From: the human T2T-CHM13v2.0 reference genome, Homo sapiens
Assembly: GCF_009914755.1 (NCBI RefSeq)
Contig: NC_060927.1
Strand: one strand, 5' to 3'
DNA length: 64,000 nucleotides
Shown: one piece after another, positions 41,738 to 61,568 of the stretch
Position numbering within the stretch: position 1 is the stretch's first letter
Layout: each line of letters begins with the position of its first letter
The notes under the pieces: model-generated
The model's database searches: none
What the model was told of the DNA's origin: nothing
Seen by the model: only the letters and a program-made list of their open reading frames with translations
Program-made: the position numbers and the translations under genes

Positions 41738-42456
41738 ACGGCTGTGATCTGAACAGAGACAAGCTACTGTTCTGCTTTTCACCAAGACCTGTGATACAAG
41801 CCAATCCTGGAAGCCCTAGAAGCTGAAAGTTCCCTGAGCTTCCCTCTGCCTCCTCGCTTTGAAGCACCATCACCTCAGGGAACTGGGAAGAACTCTCTCT
41901 TGAACCTGAAAAGGCTCTGTACCCTTCTGGCCCTCTGTCCCCAAACCCTGTCCCAGCACACTCAGCTCCAGCACACCTACCTTCCTGCACTTTCTGAACT
42001 CTTCCATGCGCGCTGAGTCTTCACATATGCTGTTCCTGTTCCTTGGGATCACCATCCCCAGTTTACTACCAGGTGAACACTTGTGTGACCTCTGGGGTAC
42101 ACTCGCATCACCCTCTCCTTGAAGACATCTCAGAAACCCCAAGGTCAAGGTTCTTCCACTCTCCTCCACCTGCAACTTGCATATTTTCCTTTAAAATACT
42201 GACCCAGGAAATGGTGATTGTTTGGTTAGGGGAGAGCCTGTGCCTTATTCTTGTGTGTATCCTCAATTTCTAGCTTTGGTTCTGCACATAGTGGGACTCA
42301 GGAAAAGTTTTTCAGTGAACTGATTAGAGTGGAGGAGAGAGGGAGATCTAGGTGGGGAGGAGACAAAGAAATACAGAGATGAAGAGGCACATGAGCCAAG
42401 GAAGGATGGCGGAAATGAAGGAATCAGGGACCGAATGTTAGCAAGACACAACTTGA

Positions 42457-42903
<447 letters not shown>

Positions 42904-43635
42904 TAATTATAAGTGTATCCAACTATTATAAGATCCTCTTTAGACAACTTAAGCTTTTTCTTTAGATATTGTTCCCACATATTTCAAGCATGAAATCACT
43001 ATTTTCCCTGGAGTGATACCTAAAAACTTGCTTCTCTGCTGTTTGCAAATCCTCAAAAGTCAGGGAGGAAGGCTCTTACAGTCACTTTGGAAGGGTGTCA
43101 CCATGCAAATTCACAGTTTCTGACTGCTGTGATTAAGTATCAGCCCATAAGGTAACACCTACTGAAGATAACAAGTAGTCTCAAATATTTATGATGACAC
43201 TAAGTCAGAAATCATATTGCAGCAACCCACCAAGAGAAAATACCTTCTTCATATCTCTTCCATGATACCATCCCAAATGGCTTCAAAAAGACTCAGAAAT
43301 CTGTTTACAAAGCACTATTCAGATTTCCACAAATGGTCCCTAGAATCAGGGGTAGAATTCACAGTGATCACAGTCCTGAATCTAGGACTGTAAAGTTTGC
43401 CAGAGCAAGACAGACAATGATCTCTCACAAAGAGATATACGAATACACCTTTCTAAATGAAAAATGATACTTTTTGGAGAGGAAATAATAAAATTCTCTA
43501 ATTAAAAATTTTTTAAGTATGGTTAGTTTGTCATTGAAAAATATTAATACCAGACTTATCAGTTAAGATGGCAGACTGAATACATGTACCTAATTTCGTT
43601 CCCTCCCCACATCCTGCTAATATATATCAAAGAAC

Positions 43636-43759
43636 TTTTTTTTTTAGAGGTGGGGTCTCACTATGTTGCCCAGGCTAGTCTCAAACCCCTGGACTCAAGC
43701 AATCCTCCCCCCTTGGTCTCCCAAAGTGCTGGGATTAGAGGCAAGAGCCACCGCACCCA
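43636..43759 (-). mobile_element. FLAM / left Alu monomer inside an old L1M 5' relic (~43560-44000)
   Basis: Single arm with a T-tail. The flanks aagatggcagactgaatacatg...ggcagcaccaggtatttctgga resemble L1M 5' sequence. Confidence 0.75.
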
Positions 43760-44325
43760 TTAAAGAGATTTTTAAAAGGATATAAATCCATAAGAATGGG
43801 GAAAACAGTAGAACACAGCAACAAAATTTCAGAAGTTAAAAAGTAGATAGTCCAGTGGTACAGATATCAGTCCCAAGAAAATGGAATGTCAAGTCAGCAG
43901 AGAGAAAATCTGAGAACCAATCTGATTTAGCCCTCCAAATGCTCAGAGGTCTCAGGAGCTGGCAGCACCAGGTATTTCTGGACATGGGTGTGAGAGATGG
44001 AGGCCTTGGCCTCCCAAAGTGCTGGGATTACAGGCGTGAGCCACCAGCCCCCAGGCAGTGTTCTGGTTTGACCCACTCCTGAGACCTAGAGGTAGGCAAT
44101 GAGGAGCTTAGAGGAAAAATACAGAGCAGCTCGCTCTCCCAAGCACTCCCTCTGGTCATCTAGAACCCCAGGCCTATGACGGCCCCTCCAGCTGCCCAGA
44201 CACATGCCCTTTTCTGGGACTCAGATTTGACTCTATGAACAGAAAGTAGGTACATAAATAACCAAAAGTCTAAGAGTGACTGCTGTGGAGATGCAACTGG
44301 AAAGAAGCAATGGTACTGGTAATAT

Positions 44326-44608
44326 TCTTTCTTTCTTTTTTAGGGTCAGGGTTCTCGCTCTGTCGCCCAGGCTGGAGTGCTCACTGTGACCTCGAACTCT
44401 TGGGCTCAAGTGATTCCTCCTGCCTCAGCCTTCTGAGTACCTGAGACAACAGGTGTGCACCACCATGTCCAGCTAATTTTTAAAATGTTTTCTAGAGATG
44501 AAGTCTCACTGTATTGCCTAGGCTGGTCTCGAACTCCTGGGCTCAAGTGATCCTCCTACCTCAGCCTCCCAAAGTGCTGGGATTACAGGGGTTAGCCACC
44601 GCACCCAG
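44326..44608 (-). mobile_element. AluJ SINE
   Basis: GGGCTCAAGTGATCCTCC in both arms. Confidence 0.85.
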
Positions 44609-47235
44609 TGCGACTTGGTTCTCAAATCTACCTATGGTAGGTGAGGTACTCACCTCTCACCACCTCTGTTTCCCCACTGTAAAATGGGAATAATAGTATC
44701 TACTTCTTTTGTAAGAGTTAAATGAATTAATACATATAAAGTACAAAAAATCAGTGCCCGGCATATAGTAATGCTCAATAAAGGTTAGCTACCACTGTCC
44801 TCACTATTACAGATAAGCAGCATCTGACTACACATGATAACTATCTGCAAGTGAAGTTCTTTCCATCCAAAGGTCCACAAGTCCTGACCCTTGCTGAGGG
44901 GGTCCTTCTCCTCATGGCTTCCTGGTGTCCACAGCCTTTGCCATCTCTCAATCAGCCACTGGTTGCAAATGCGAGTTTAGATGAAGCGGGTGACGCTTAT
45001 AACACCTTAAGTCTTTTCACACTCAGGATTAAGACATGGATCCCTAAAAGTGGCAAACTTAGCCTGCTGGTGGGCTGTCAAACAGCATAGCTGCCTCCTC
45101 CACCAGCCAGTGCCATAAGGGGCCTCTTTGCAAGAGAATCGATACACAGATGTGAGTGAGGACTCATCATAAACACAGGTGGTCACATGGGACTCGGAGG
45201 GAGCTGCACGGGGGCACAGGGCACAGCCAGAGCACTGGCTGGGGAGCTGGGAGAACTGGGTTCCAACAGTGGCTATGTGTGACCCAGCGAAGGTCACTCA
45301 TCCAGATTCCACATGCCCGGGTTCCGGGACTCTTAAGTGGTTTGTTGGTTTGCCTTTAAATACCATGTAATTAATGCAGGGAGAGAGGGAGGTCAGTCAC
45401 AGGGCAGTGAGTCTACTGAAAAACACAGTCTATCATCCCAAACTGACTTCAGAGCCAGTGCTGACCTGCTTGGGCTTCCCATCCTCTTGTCTCGGCAGGG
45501 CTCATAACAATGTTATCATTTTTTAAAACATATGCCTAAGCTAGTTCCTATTCTAGACAATTGGCAGGTGCCCAGTTAATAGATTATTCCACCAGACAGT
45601 TGAATGCATTGGCCATTGATCAAAAATGAGGTCACTGCAATCCTATGTGCTAGAACTGGAAAAGCCTGATGAGAAACAACTGTATCTTTCTTAACAAATA
45701 GAAATCCATATTCCTATTTCCCTAAATTTGTCTTGCCTGGCGTGTAGCTCAGAAGCAAAGGAGGATTTTGTTTAAGGTCAAGTCGGTCTTGCTTTCTGGC
45801 CCCATATGTTTGGTTTTGTGACTGTTCATGAGTGTTTCACATCAGCAAATCCCCAACTGGATTCCAACTGACCTGCAGGAATATCTGGCCAACACTGCCA
45901 GATCCCTGGTCTTTCTCTCAAACCTGCACAGTCGGAAAGAACAGGTCAAGAGACTCTTCGTCCCAGCTATCTGGATCCTTGTTTAAATTTTACTCACTTA
46001 CATCTGTGCTGTGGACACAGGTAATATGAAGCACATGTACTTTTCTCAAAAAAAAAAAAAAAAAATCTAAGGAACACAGAGCTGTTGTATCAGAGGCTGC
46101 AACGTCTTCCCAGCACGTGGGCATTCGCAGACAAAGCTATCCCTGCTGACCTGCTGTGGGAAAGACATGCACTCTGATTTCACCACTGACCCGGCCGCAC
46201 TCTTTTGTCCAGTATATAACGCCTCCCTAAGCATCTCCTTTCCTTGCAAACAAAAAAACCCTGGAGGAAAACTTTCAAAGCCACAGTTTCTTCTCAGTTG
46301 CAACCCTTCCTTCCTTCCTTCTTCCCAAGAAGGTCTGACTGGGCTTGCAAGCTGGCCCCACCCTGGGCTGGGCCTCCACACAGGCATTGTGCGATCCTCT
46401 GCCATTCTGTGTAGACGGAATACCTGCGAACTGCTGCCAACACAGGAAGGTTGGCGCCTCTCTGGAGGGAGGCCTGGGGAGTATCCATCGCCCAGGCGAC
46501 TGCAGATAAGCAGCTAAGGGGCTAGGGTTCTCCACACCTCCATGTGGGTTCCAGAGCCTTTCTCTTGTACTTCTTTTACTGTTTTTGATTCATCCTTAAT
46601 TCATTCACTTAGCAAACCTATTGAGCCCCTGCCCACAGCAAGCCCCGTGCTGGTGTTGGAGGACACAGAGTTGACTGAGATAGATTCCAGTCCTCAAGGC
46701 TCTCATGTTGCTGAGACAGGCCACTCATGGAGCAACCCTGGCACCTGGGACTCCTGGAGCCCCCAGTGAAACCACCTTTCTGCGATCCCAGTATCAATCC
46801 CATCAGCAGGGTCCCTTAGATCACGTCACCAGAGACAAAGCCAACGGAGGGTGGAAGCAACAGGAGCGTGGTGCAGATCCACCAGCCCCAACTCCACCTC
46901 CTGGGTTTCATCCCTCCCTTAGCACCAGCGAGGACTTCCAGATTCAGATTGTTTTTGGTCTTAAGAACTTTCTTGTCACAGCCAAGTGGCAGGCGGGACA
47001 TGGTAATTGGCCTATGTTGCGCTTGGACCTAGCAAATGAGTAAACTTTTCAAGACTAAATCATCAATGCTACCCACTCTGGATCCTCCAAACACCTGCTC
47101 ATTATCAGCATCTGCAATACAACAAGTACCTACCTAGGTAGTAACTAACATACATAATGGTGATTCACAAAGAGGAATGAGGGCAGTAAGAGGAAGGATC
47201 CCAGGCCTGGCCAGAAACCCCTATCCAGTAGCTCA

Positions 47236-48026
<791 letters not shown>

Positions 48027-48599
48027 TCATTGTGGCCACAAATTCCAGCAGGTCTGCTGCCTCTTTAGGGGCCCTGTGATCCCTTCATACTGCTGATTAA
48101 CACAACCTTCCAAGGAATCATCCAAGAAAGGGGCAGAAATTCTCCCTGATGCTGGGGTCAGACTGCCCAAGGCCAAGGATGCAGAGGGCTGGGGCCGAGC
48201 AGCTGGGCTCCCAAGCTGGCCTCACCCTGTGTGCTCCAGGAGGTGCTGCTGAGGCCCTGTGGGCTGAGCTGGGAGCGCCCCTGCCTGGCCGGACACCATT
48301 CCCTGCCTGACGTGGGACTTGAGTTTGGTCCTGAGCTGAGCGTGTCTATGGCCTCTGTTCCTGGTGGCACTGGGGAGGTATGTTTTAGCCGCCTCAGCTC
48401 CTGGTCCTCACAGTCCACATCTCATTTCCTGCTTCCCCTTAAAGAGGCTCACCTCTAACAGTTTTAACCAGGCATGAACGGGCCCAGCGGAGACTGGCAG
48501 GTTCTCAGACCCCCTTGATCCGAAAGGAGAAAGGAAGCAGTAAGGAGTTCACCAACTTCCTCCAAGGGCACCCCAGAGCCAGCGGGTGCCAGGGGGCAC

Positions 48600-48810
48600 C
48601 AGGGAATCACGCTTTGGAGTCAGGTGCCTCTGGGTTTCAATCCTGGCTGAGCCACGGACTATGCAAACTCAAGAAAGTTGCATAACCTCTCTGTGGCTTT
48701 GACTTCCTTGTCTGTAAAACTGGAATAACCATCTCACCCATCTCACTCAGTTGTTTCAAAGATAAATAGAATAATCTATGCAAAGTGCCTGACACAGAGT
48801 TGGTGCTCCT
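48600..48810 (+). mobile_element. MIR SINE relic
   Basis: gctttggagtcagg...aacctctctgtg...tctgtaaaactggaataacc...aaagtgcctgacacag. Confidence 0.7.
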
Positions 48811-49130
48811 TCCCAGTTCGTCACACACATCCACACCCACAACTAAGCAGGTGTTTGCTGTACTTGTGGCCCTCAGCTGAGTGCAGGTCGAGTGGGAAAT
48901 GCAGGAGGAAAAGGAGCCAGTCCTTACGTCAGGGGCTAACTGAAGAAGAGTTCCAGTCCTGGCCCTGAGCCTGTGCCCAGTGTAAAGGGGATGACAGTCT
49001 TGTCTCCAGGGTCTTGCCGGCCTGAGCGCTGAGGTACTTGGCCTGGATTGCCTTGGTTTCCTCCACTGAGCCTGGGCGCCCATCTCTGCAGATAACAGAG
49101 CAGAGCCTGCATGAGTAGAGGCTGAAAGGC

Positions 49131-49300
49131 AAAGGTTCTCAACCCTGGCTGCACAGTAGCACCAGGAGCACTTGAAAATACAGACCAATGGGCCCACCCC
49201 AGAGTGCTGATTTACTCGGTCTGGGGTGGAGCTTGGGATTCTTCTTTCCACACCTGAGGCTCCCCTGGTGCTTCTGATGTGCAGACAGGGTTAAGAACCC
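49131..49300. mobile_element. MER5-type (hAT-Charlie) MITE
   Basis: TIRs GGTTCTCAACCCTGGCTGCAC and GTGCAGACAGGGTTAAGAACC, with central gcccaccccagagtgctgattt. Confidence 0.8.
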
Positions 49301-51458
49301 CAGGGATGGAGGCCAGGCTGTGAGGCTGGGGCCCCCACTTAAACCGCTCATCAGCTATTCTGAGACTTTCTTCCTCTCTGCTGGGCCAGGAAGGTGGCTG
49401 GAGACTGAGGCCTGGGCTTTGAAGTTACTTCACCTCTCTAGGTCACTGTTCCTGCATCTTTGAGGAGGGGAAAGCAACCCAGCCCACCTCCCTCCCACCA
49501 TCATCATGAGGGTCACATGAGAGAGTGCGGAAGGCCATGCTGTGTAGCATCACCCACCCCACCAGCCCAGAAGGAGAACGTGAATGCCAGGATCCCACAG
49601 CCATTTCACGCAAAAGAGTGTTTCCTCTTAGTACCTCTGTGGGCAGTGAGGAAGGGTTGAGCCCGCTGTCCTGGGACGAGCCTTTCCAGCCATGAGAGGC
49701 CAGAAAACAAACAGTCAGAATCACAACTCCACACAGAGGCCATCCCGGGCACTGCAGGGCCCTTCCAGGCTGCCCTAGCTCACTGGAGCCCAGAAGACCC
49801 TTCCTGGCAAAGACATGTAGATGCCCTTCCACCACATGGCGAAGGGAGCCACAAAGGAGACTCGGGGACACGCCCTGCTGGGAGGACGATTCTACAGAAT
49901 TTTGGTGGTAGCTAACTGCTGGCTCTTCATCTCAGGAGGATAACAGAGCCCCATCCAAGGGGGACCCAGGCAGATGTTCCCCATGGGGGCATGGAGGGCT
50001 CCCTCCAGGCACCCATGGATGAGCCATCCTCACCCGTCCGGGCAGAAAAGGCCACTGAGTCAGGCATCACAACCTTCCACGCAGTGTGTTCGTTCTTTGC
50101 ACAAGTATTTCCTGAATACCTATAATAGGCCAGCACCGTGCATCCTAGGAAGACCCCAGGCCTGGCCCTCCGCAGACACAGTGCCAGGCCAGCTGCGAGG
50201 CCCAGAGAGCAGCCAGAACATCCATGTGTTCCCTGCATCCCGAGTGGAACAGCCACCTGGGGAGATTCTGGGTGTGTTTCTGGGTAAAGAATATTGATTT
50301 TTAGCTTACCCACTTTGTATGTTTGGAATTTTGTCAGAAAGATTTTTTTAAAAATATATAGAACAGTGAAAATGCCTCTTCTGGTAAATTAAATTCACTC
50401 AACAAATATGGCTCTTTCCGCTTCCAAACCAGCACAGGCTGCCCAAGCGTTTCGCCCAGCCCACCGCTTCTCCTGCTCCCATGCTGCGGGGCGCTTTACC
50501 CCAGCCCTGACCACACCTCCGAGATCTGGGCCACTGTCTTCGGCTGACCTCTCACACTAGCCTCGCCATTTCCCCCACACCTGTTCCAGCTGCCATGTTC
50601 CTCCCGAGTCCCAGAACGTGAAGCCACCAGCCAGCCAGTCAGGTGTCAGCCTTATCCCTTTTCTTGGCCTCACCCCATACCCCGCCCCCATCTCGTCTCT
50701 TTTCCACCCTAGAGGCCCTGCCTGGCTCTCTTGAGTTGCCGTAGCAGCCTCTCAAGTGAGTCCTGCCTCCTTTCTTCATCCCTATCCTGGGCCAGTTTCC
50801 GTATTGGGACAAGAGCAATCTTTCTAAAATATGAACTTGAGTCAGGTTTCCCGCTGCCCCCAAAATAAAGCCCAAGCCCCGCTGGGTGGCAGACAAGGCC
50901 TCTGCGTCCGTCTCCCTTAACACTCAGCTCCCAGACAATCTCCTCTAAAAAGTCTTTCCTGACTCTCCGACTGTACGGGGAGCGCCAGGAGACCCGGGTG
51001 CCCTGTGCAAACCCCTCTCACACCACTTTCACCACTCAGTAACTCTTCTGTGTCTCCCTTGCACGAAGAACAGTTAAAATGAATGAAATGCCATGACATG
51101 CATTAACATGGATAAATTGCGAAAATATGTTGGCTGAAAGAAAGCAAATTGCACAATCATTCACTCACCATTCAAATTATTTATCAAGTGAAAGGATCCA
51201 TGCGGTATGATACAATGTATATAAAATTTTCAAACGCTGAACAATAGCCGACATCACTTAGGGCCAGCTACATATGGTAGAAAAATAAAAACACATGGGG
51301 AGGATGAGCCTCCGGACAGTGGTCCCTTGGGGAACAGGACGGGGTCGGTGAAGGTACAGCTTAAACTGCATCTGTAATGCTTTATTTATTTTTATGTTAA
51401 ATAGAGCTCTGAAGCAAAACTGGCAAAATAATATCCATTAAATTCGGGTGGTGGATAA

Positions 51459-51814
<356 letters not shown>

Positions 51815-54419
51815 TAAAAATTTTAACAAGGAACCAGAGTCCCAAATGCCCTCATTAAAGTCCCTGGGGTCCTGAGCAGACTGTTATAGCCCCTCACCCA
51901 AAGGATCTCCACGGGCCTTGGGCCTGGCAGCCATGCTAAGACAGGCAGGAAGGCAGCCTGGAGATGTAAATATGATTTTCATCCTTGTTTTTAACCAATG
52001 AGAAAACCAAAGCTGAGAACATCTAACATGGCTCAAGACCACACAGGGGATCCTGGATTTCAGACCATGCCTTCTTCATGTACAATTTCCTGAACTACTT
52101 CATCCAAGAGCAAGAACTTAGGTCTAATACGGCATGGTGAAGAGAATTCCAGAATTAGAAGGAGAGCTGTATTCATATGCTTCATAAATCAGTGAATAAA
52201 CACGTTTTGCGGAGAATTGTTCAGAAAGGGGCAGAATTGGAGATACAACCAAATGGGAAATTTAGGGATAGCCCATGTGGCTCTTTGAATGCAAACAGAA
52301 TGGGTTTGGGTTTTGTCCAATAGCAATAGAAAGCAACTGATGCTGCTTAAGCTGGAGAGTGACCGAGGCAAAGCACTGTTTTACGAAAAGTGATCTGGCT
52401 TCAGTGCATAGGAGGTGTCAGTCGCCCTTAGGAAATGGCTGGGGACAACCAAAGGGAAGATCCTCAAGGGATAAATTCTGATTTGGACATTATCTAAATG
52501 GCCCACAGAGGAAATGACATGTGCTAATCTAAGGTGAGAACTGTGGGGTTGTAAAGGATAAAAGAGCTTAAGCTAGACAGAGAAATAAAAGTTCTTTTCC
52601 AAGTTTTCCAGGCTTGGGGAAATGGTGATAGGCATTCAGATGATAAGCTGATTATTGGCTTGTTGATTAATTGGTGGAAAGGGCAGTGGGGGAAGAAAAG
52701 GCTAACTAAAGAGAGGAGTGAGAAATTGAGGGCTTTCGCTTTGTCTGCCTTTAATTCAAGATGGTGCCCAGACAGCCAGGTAGAGATCCGACAGGAGCTG
52801 GCGATATGAGAGCTATATTGAAGAAAGCTGGAGAAGCAGGGGAGAGCCACTGGTGCAGCGATGGTGGAAGTTTATTTCTGAGGAAAAAGGCACAAAAACA
52901 GTGACGTGATAGCAGAGGACTGAGCCCCGTGGCCTCCCTGCCCACATCAGGGAACAGGAAAACCAAGAAGAGAGCTAAGCCAGTGTTGTATTGTGGAAGA
53001 AGTAGGAAGAGACCATTTCAAATTAGCATAGGTGGTCAACAGTGCAAAAAGTTTCAAGAATAAGAAATGAGTCAAGGTCCTGGGGTTGAAGATCAGGAGA
53101 TTATGGGAGCCTGAGATAAAGGAATCTCAGCAGACAGCAGAGGCAGGCATGCTTGCCCCATCCCTTCTACAGCTCCAAAGGAGTGACCTTGTCCTCACAG
53201 CCAAGCACAAGCCCCCTCCCTCACCCAGCAGAAGCAGCTCCCGTCTGCTACATTCAGCGTGAGATGGACCTGTGCCTGGCCTGGCCCAACTGATCCACCT
53301 CCCACAGATGGCAGAGGGCCATGGCAGGACAGAGAGTGTGCAGTGCAGGCTCTGGAGTGGAACCCTGTAGAGACCAGGCTACCGTCTTCCTAGATAACCA
53401 AAAAGCTTCAGCTTGGAGAGGCATGAGTTCATTTCTAAATGCAGAACATAGGATTCAAATGTGCCACATGTCACTTTATTTTCTAAAATGTATTTTCTCT
53501 ATATTTGCCTGACTTCTATGGCAATAAAATCACTTTGGCATGACACTCATCTTACATAAATGAAAATATGAGCCAACAGAATGGCATTTTAGTAGCTTTA
53601 AGCCAAACAAATTCTTGAGAGGGTCTTGTTTAAATTAAGTTTTCGTGCTATTTAGCTTTTTACAGTGAAGAAGCTCTGTGTCTTCAGAGAGCCTTGTGCA
53701 GTGATGCTTGTTTTTGGAAGGACGGGACAGGAGGTGAAGAAAGGAAGAGGGGCCCAGGCTGCCAGGCTGCAGATCAAGAAGTCAGGAGGTGAGGAAATGA
53801 GGACGATGAGGAGGACCCACTGTTATTGGAAGTTTGGAGATGAAATGAGAGACAAGACATAGAGTGAGGGTGACAGGGGAAGACAACTTGAGACGGAAGG
53901 ACACAGTGGAGGGAGGGGTGTGCCAGGGGAAAGCATCTGACGAATGACACTCTGCACCTGAGTATGAGGCTGCCAGCCCCTTTGCCCACCTCCACTCTGC
54001 TCCCCGAACTGAGGCAGCCGGGCATGTCCCTGGCAGGAGATGAGAGAATTCTTCTCTGGAGAATACGAACTATACCAGAGAAAGACCTGCAGAAACGAAC
54101 ATTTGGGGGACTTCCAATGAAACAACGCAGTTTGCCACCAATCACCCTACCGTGATGCCCACCTGTCACAACTGCCACCCACTTGGGTTGTGGATGGAAC
54201 TCCCGATCAGCTCTGTGGTGCCTCATTACCAACAATGGATGGACAGCGACTACCAGACATTTGGAGAAAGCTGGCAGCATCTGACAGGGAGAGCAGAACA
54301 AGATTGTAGAAAAAGAAATCTGGAAAAGAAAATAGGGAAAATAGAAAGCAAAAACAGGGAAAGATTATAGACAATTCAAAGAAAAAAAATACAACTGGGA
54401 ATAAAATACAAAAAAAAAT

Positions 54420-56288
<1,869 letters not shown>

Positions 56289-56496
56289 GTGGACCAATCT
56301 CCCTCTGGAAAGAAGTGGAGAAACTGAGTGAAGGAGGAGACTTTCATTCTTTACTTTACTTTTTACATTTTTACATTATACATTTCAGGATTGTTTGGAA
56401 TTGTTTCGTTGTTTATATTTAAAGAAATGGGAATAAATAAAGTTAGGCTTAAGTGTACTTTAAAAAAACTTTTTTTCTGATTTTAAGAGTAACACT

Positions 56497-58740
<2,244 letters not shown>

Positions 58741-59825
58741 AGTAACACTGGTCATTTGAAGGAAAAGTAGAAATAAGATAATTTAGCCACATATAATCTC
58801 AACAGAAAGATAGTCGCTATTATGCATAGTTCCTTCCAGTCTTTTTTTCAAATGTCTATGTATATGTCCTCATTTTTTAAGAGTTGAAATCACTCTGTTA
58901 AATTCATTTTGAAGGTTTATAGTTTGGTTTCAGTTTGGATTTTTAACCACAAAGAAAATATCCCATATGAAACATCAGTGATACCAAAAACAGATTCTTG
59001 AGGAGCCAGTTGCTATGGGAATGATTGAAAATAAATTTCATCTCACACTACACTCTACTAATGTATTGACCAGAAGGAAGGAAAAATATTTGGAGTAACT
59101 TAGAAGAGCAGCCAAGAACTTCTAATCAAGAAGAAGGAAAATACATCAGGCTAGTGTGAGGTTTCAAAGAAGCCAGTAGCACGGCCTTGCAATTTCACTA
59201 ATTGAGCTCTTCCAGCAACCGTGTCACTGGAGGGGGAAGTACAAGGAATCAGGGACCTGAGTGGACTCTGTCTTTCCTTCACTGACAGTTTGATGAGCCA
59301 AAGGCCAGCAAGTCTCCCTCCATATGCGGGCCATCTCTGCAGGGTGGTACATGGCCAGGAAAAAAAAAAAAAAAATCACTGTTTCCTTCCTGGAGATGCG
59401 TCAAATATTTAGCAAGCTGCAAAGCCTGGGCTCCAGGTGATCAGTACGGACATCACATTGGCCCTGAGCATTAGAGTGGGCCCTGGGGTTAACCCTTTAG
59501 GTGCCGGATCGTTGGGGCATCTGAAGGTTCCTGGAGAGGGACTAGGATGCCAGAGGGTAGGGGATACTCAGGGAGTTCAGGGGAGTGACAGTTTTCCAAC
59601 AGAAGATTTTAACATGCTCAGAAGTAGTAAGGCCAGATCAGTGGATGCCAACCGAATGCTGACCTTCCCACAACCAAAAAGGCAGGACTGTGTAGGTGCA
59701 CATCCGGGCTGGCCTCCAAGGGGAAAAGCAGAGTTGCTGTCACAAAAAGACAGCATATCATCGTGCAAAAACAGGCCCCACTTCTCACCTCAGGCAACAG
59801 CTTTAGCATCAAACAGATCTCGCTA

Positions 59826-59964
59826 AATAATTTTTTTTGTATTTAGTAGAGACAGGGTTTCACCATGTTGGTCAGGCTGGTCTCAAACTCCTGACTTCAG
59901 GTGATCCACCTGTCTCGGCCTCCCAAAGGGCTGGGAATACAGGCATGAGCCACTGTGCCTGGCC
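59826..59964 (-). mobile_element. AluS left arm only
   Basis: Runs from the central A-tract to the 5' end; the right arm is absent. Confidence 0.8.
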
Positions 59965-59996
59965 TGGTTTTTTTAATAGCAAGAAAATAAAAGGAC

Positions 59997-61100
<1,104 letters not shown>

Positions 61101-61336
61101 GAAAATAAAAGGACACATAGAAAATGTGCTAGGCGATGTCTGTGTGAAGAGGAGCTTCTAGCCTCATGAAGCTGCTCCAAGACACACCTGCTCACCTGAT
61201 CCAGGAACAGCTCACACCAATTGTAGGTAAAGCCTATGGGGGTTAGGGGGAGATGGGGTGGGCAAACTCACACCTACAAACATCTCTAAAGCAGTGAAGA
61301 TCCATAAGGCCACATACTGGACTCTGAAAGGCTTAC

Positions 61337-61568
61337 CTGGGTCCAGGTGGGTGAAAGAACCCACCACAAAGTCCAGTGTGGACACGGCCAGCAGGAACAG
61401 CAACAGCAGCTGGAGGCGGATTATCCATTTGACACCTGCGAGGTTAATGCCCAGCAAGGCCAGAAGCACCGCAACTGAAATTCCTCGCACAGCCCAGATA
61501 TTCCCGAGGCCCAGCAAATCCGAGATGGATTCAGCAAAGCCGGTGATATACATGGCACCTGCAACACA
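61337..61568 (-). CDS. SLC12A8: SLC12A8 internal coding exon (232 nt; [77 protein letters not shown]; phase 0 to 1)
   Basis: Acceptor TGTCAG|TGT (ct at 61569-70) and donor CCAG|GTAAGC (ac at 61335-36). The hydrophobic peptide matches recalled SLC12A8 and the SLC12 TM3-5 pattern (AMY..GFAE). It joins the next exon as G|AA = Glu. Confidence 0.97.

Noticed and set aside
48637-49251. 204-aa minus-strand ORF
   Set aside because: It spans MER5 and MIR relics; a chance read-through.
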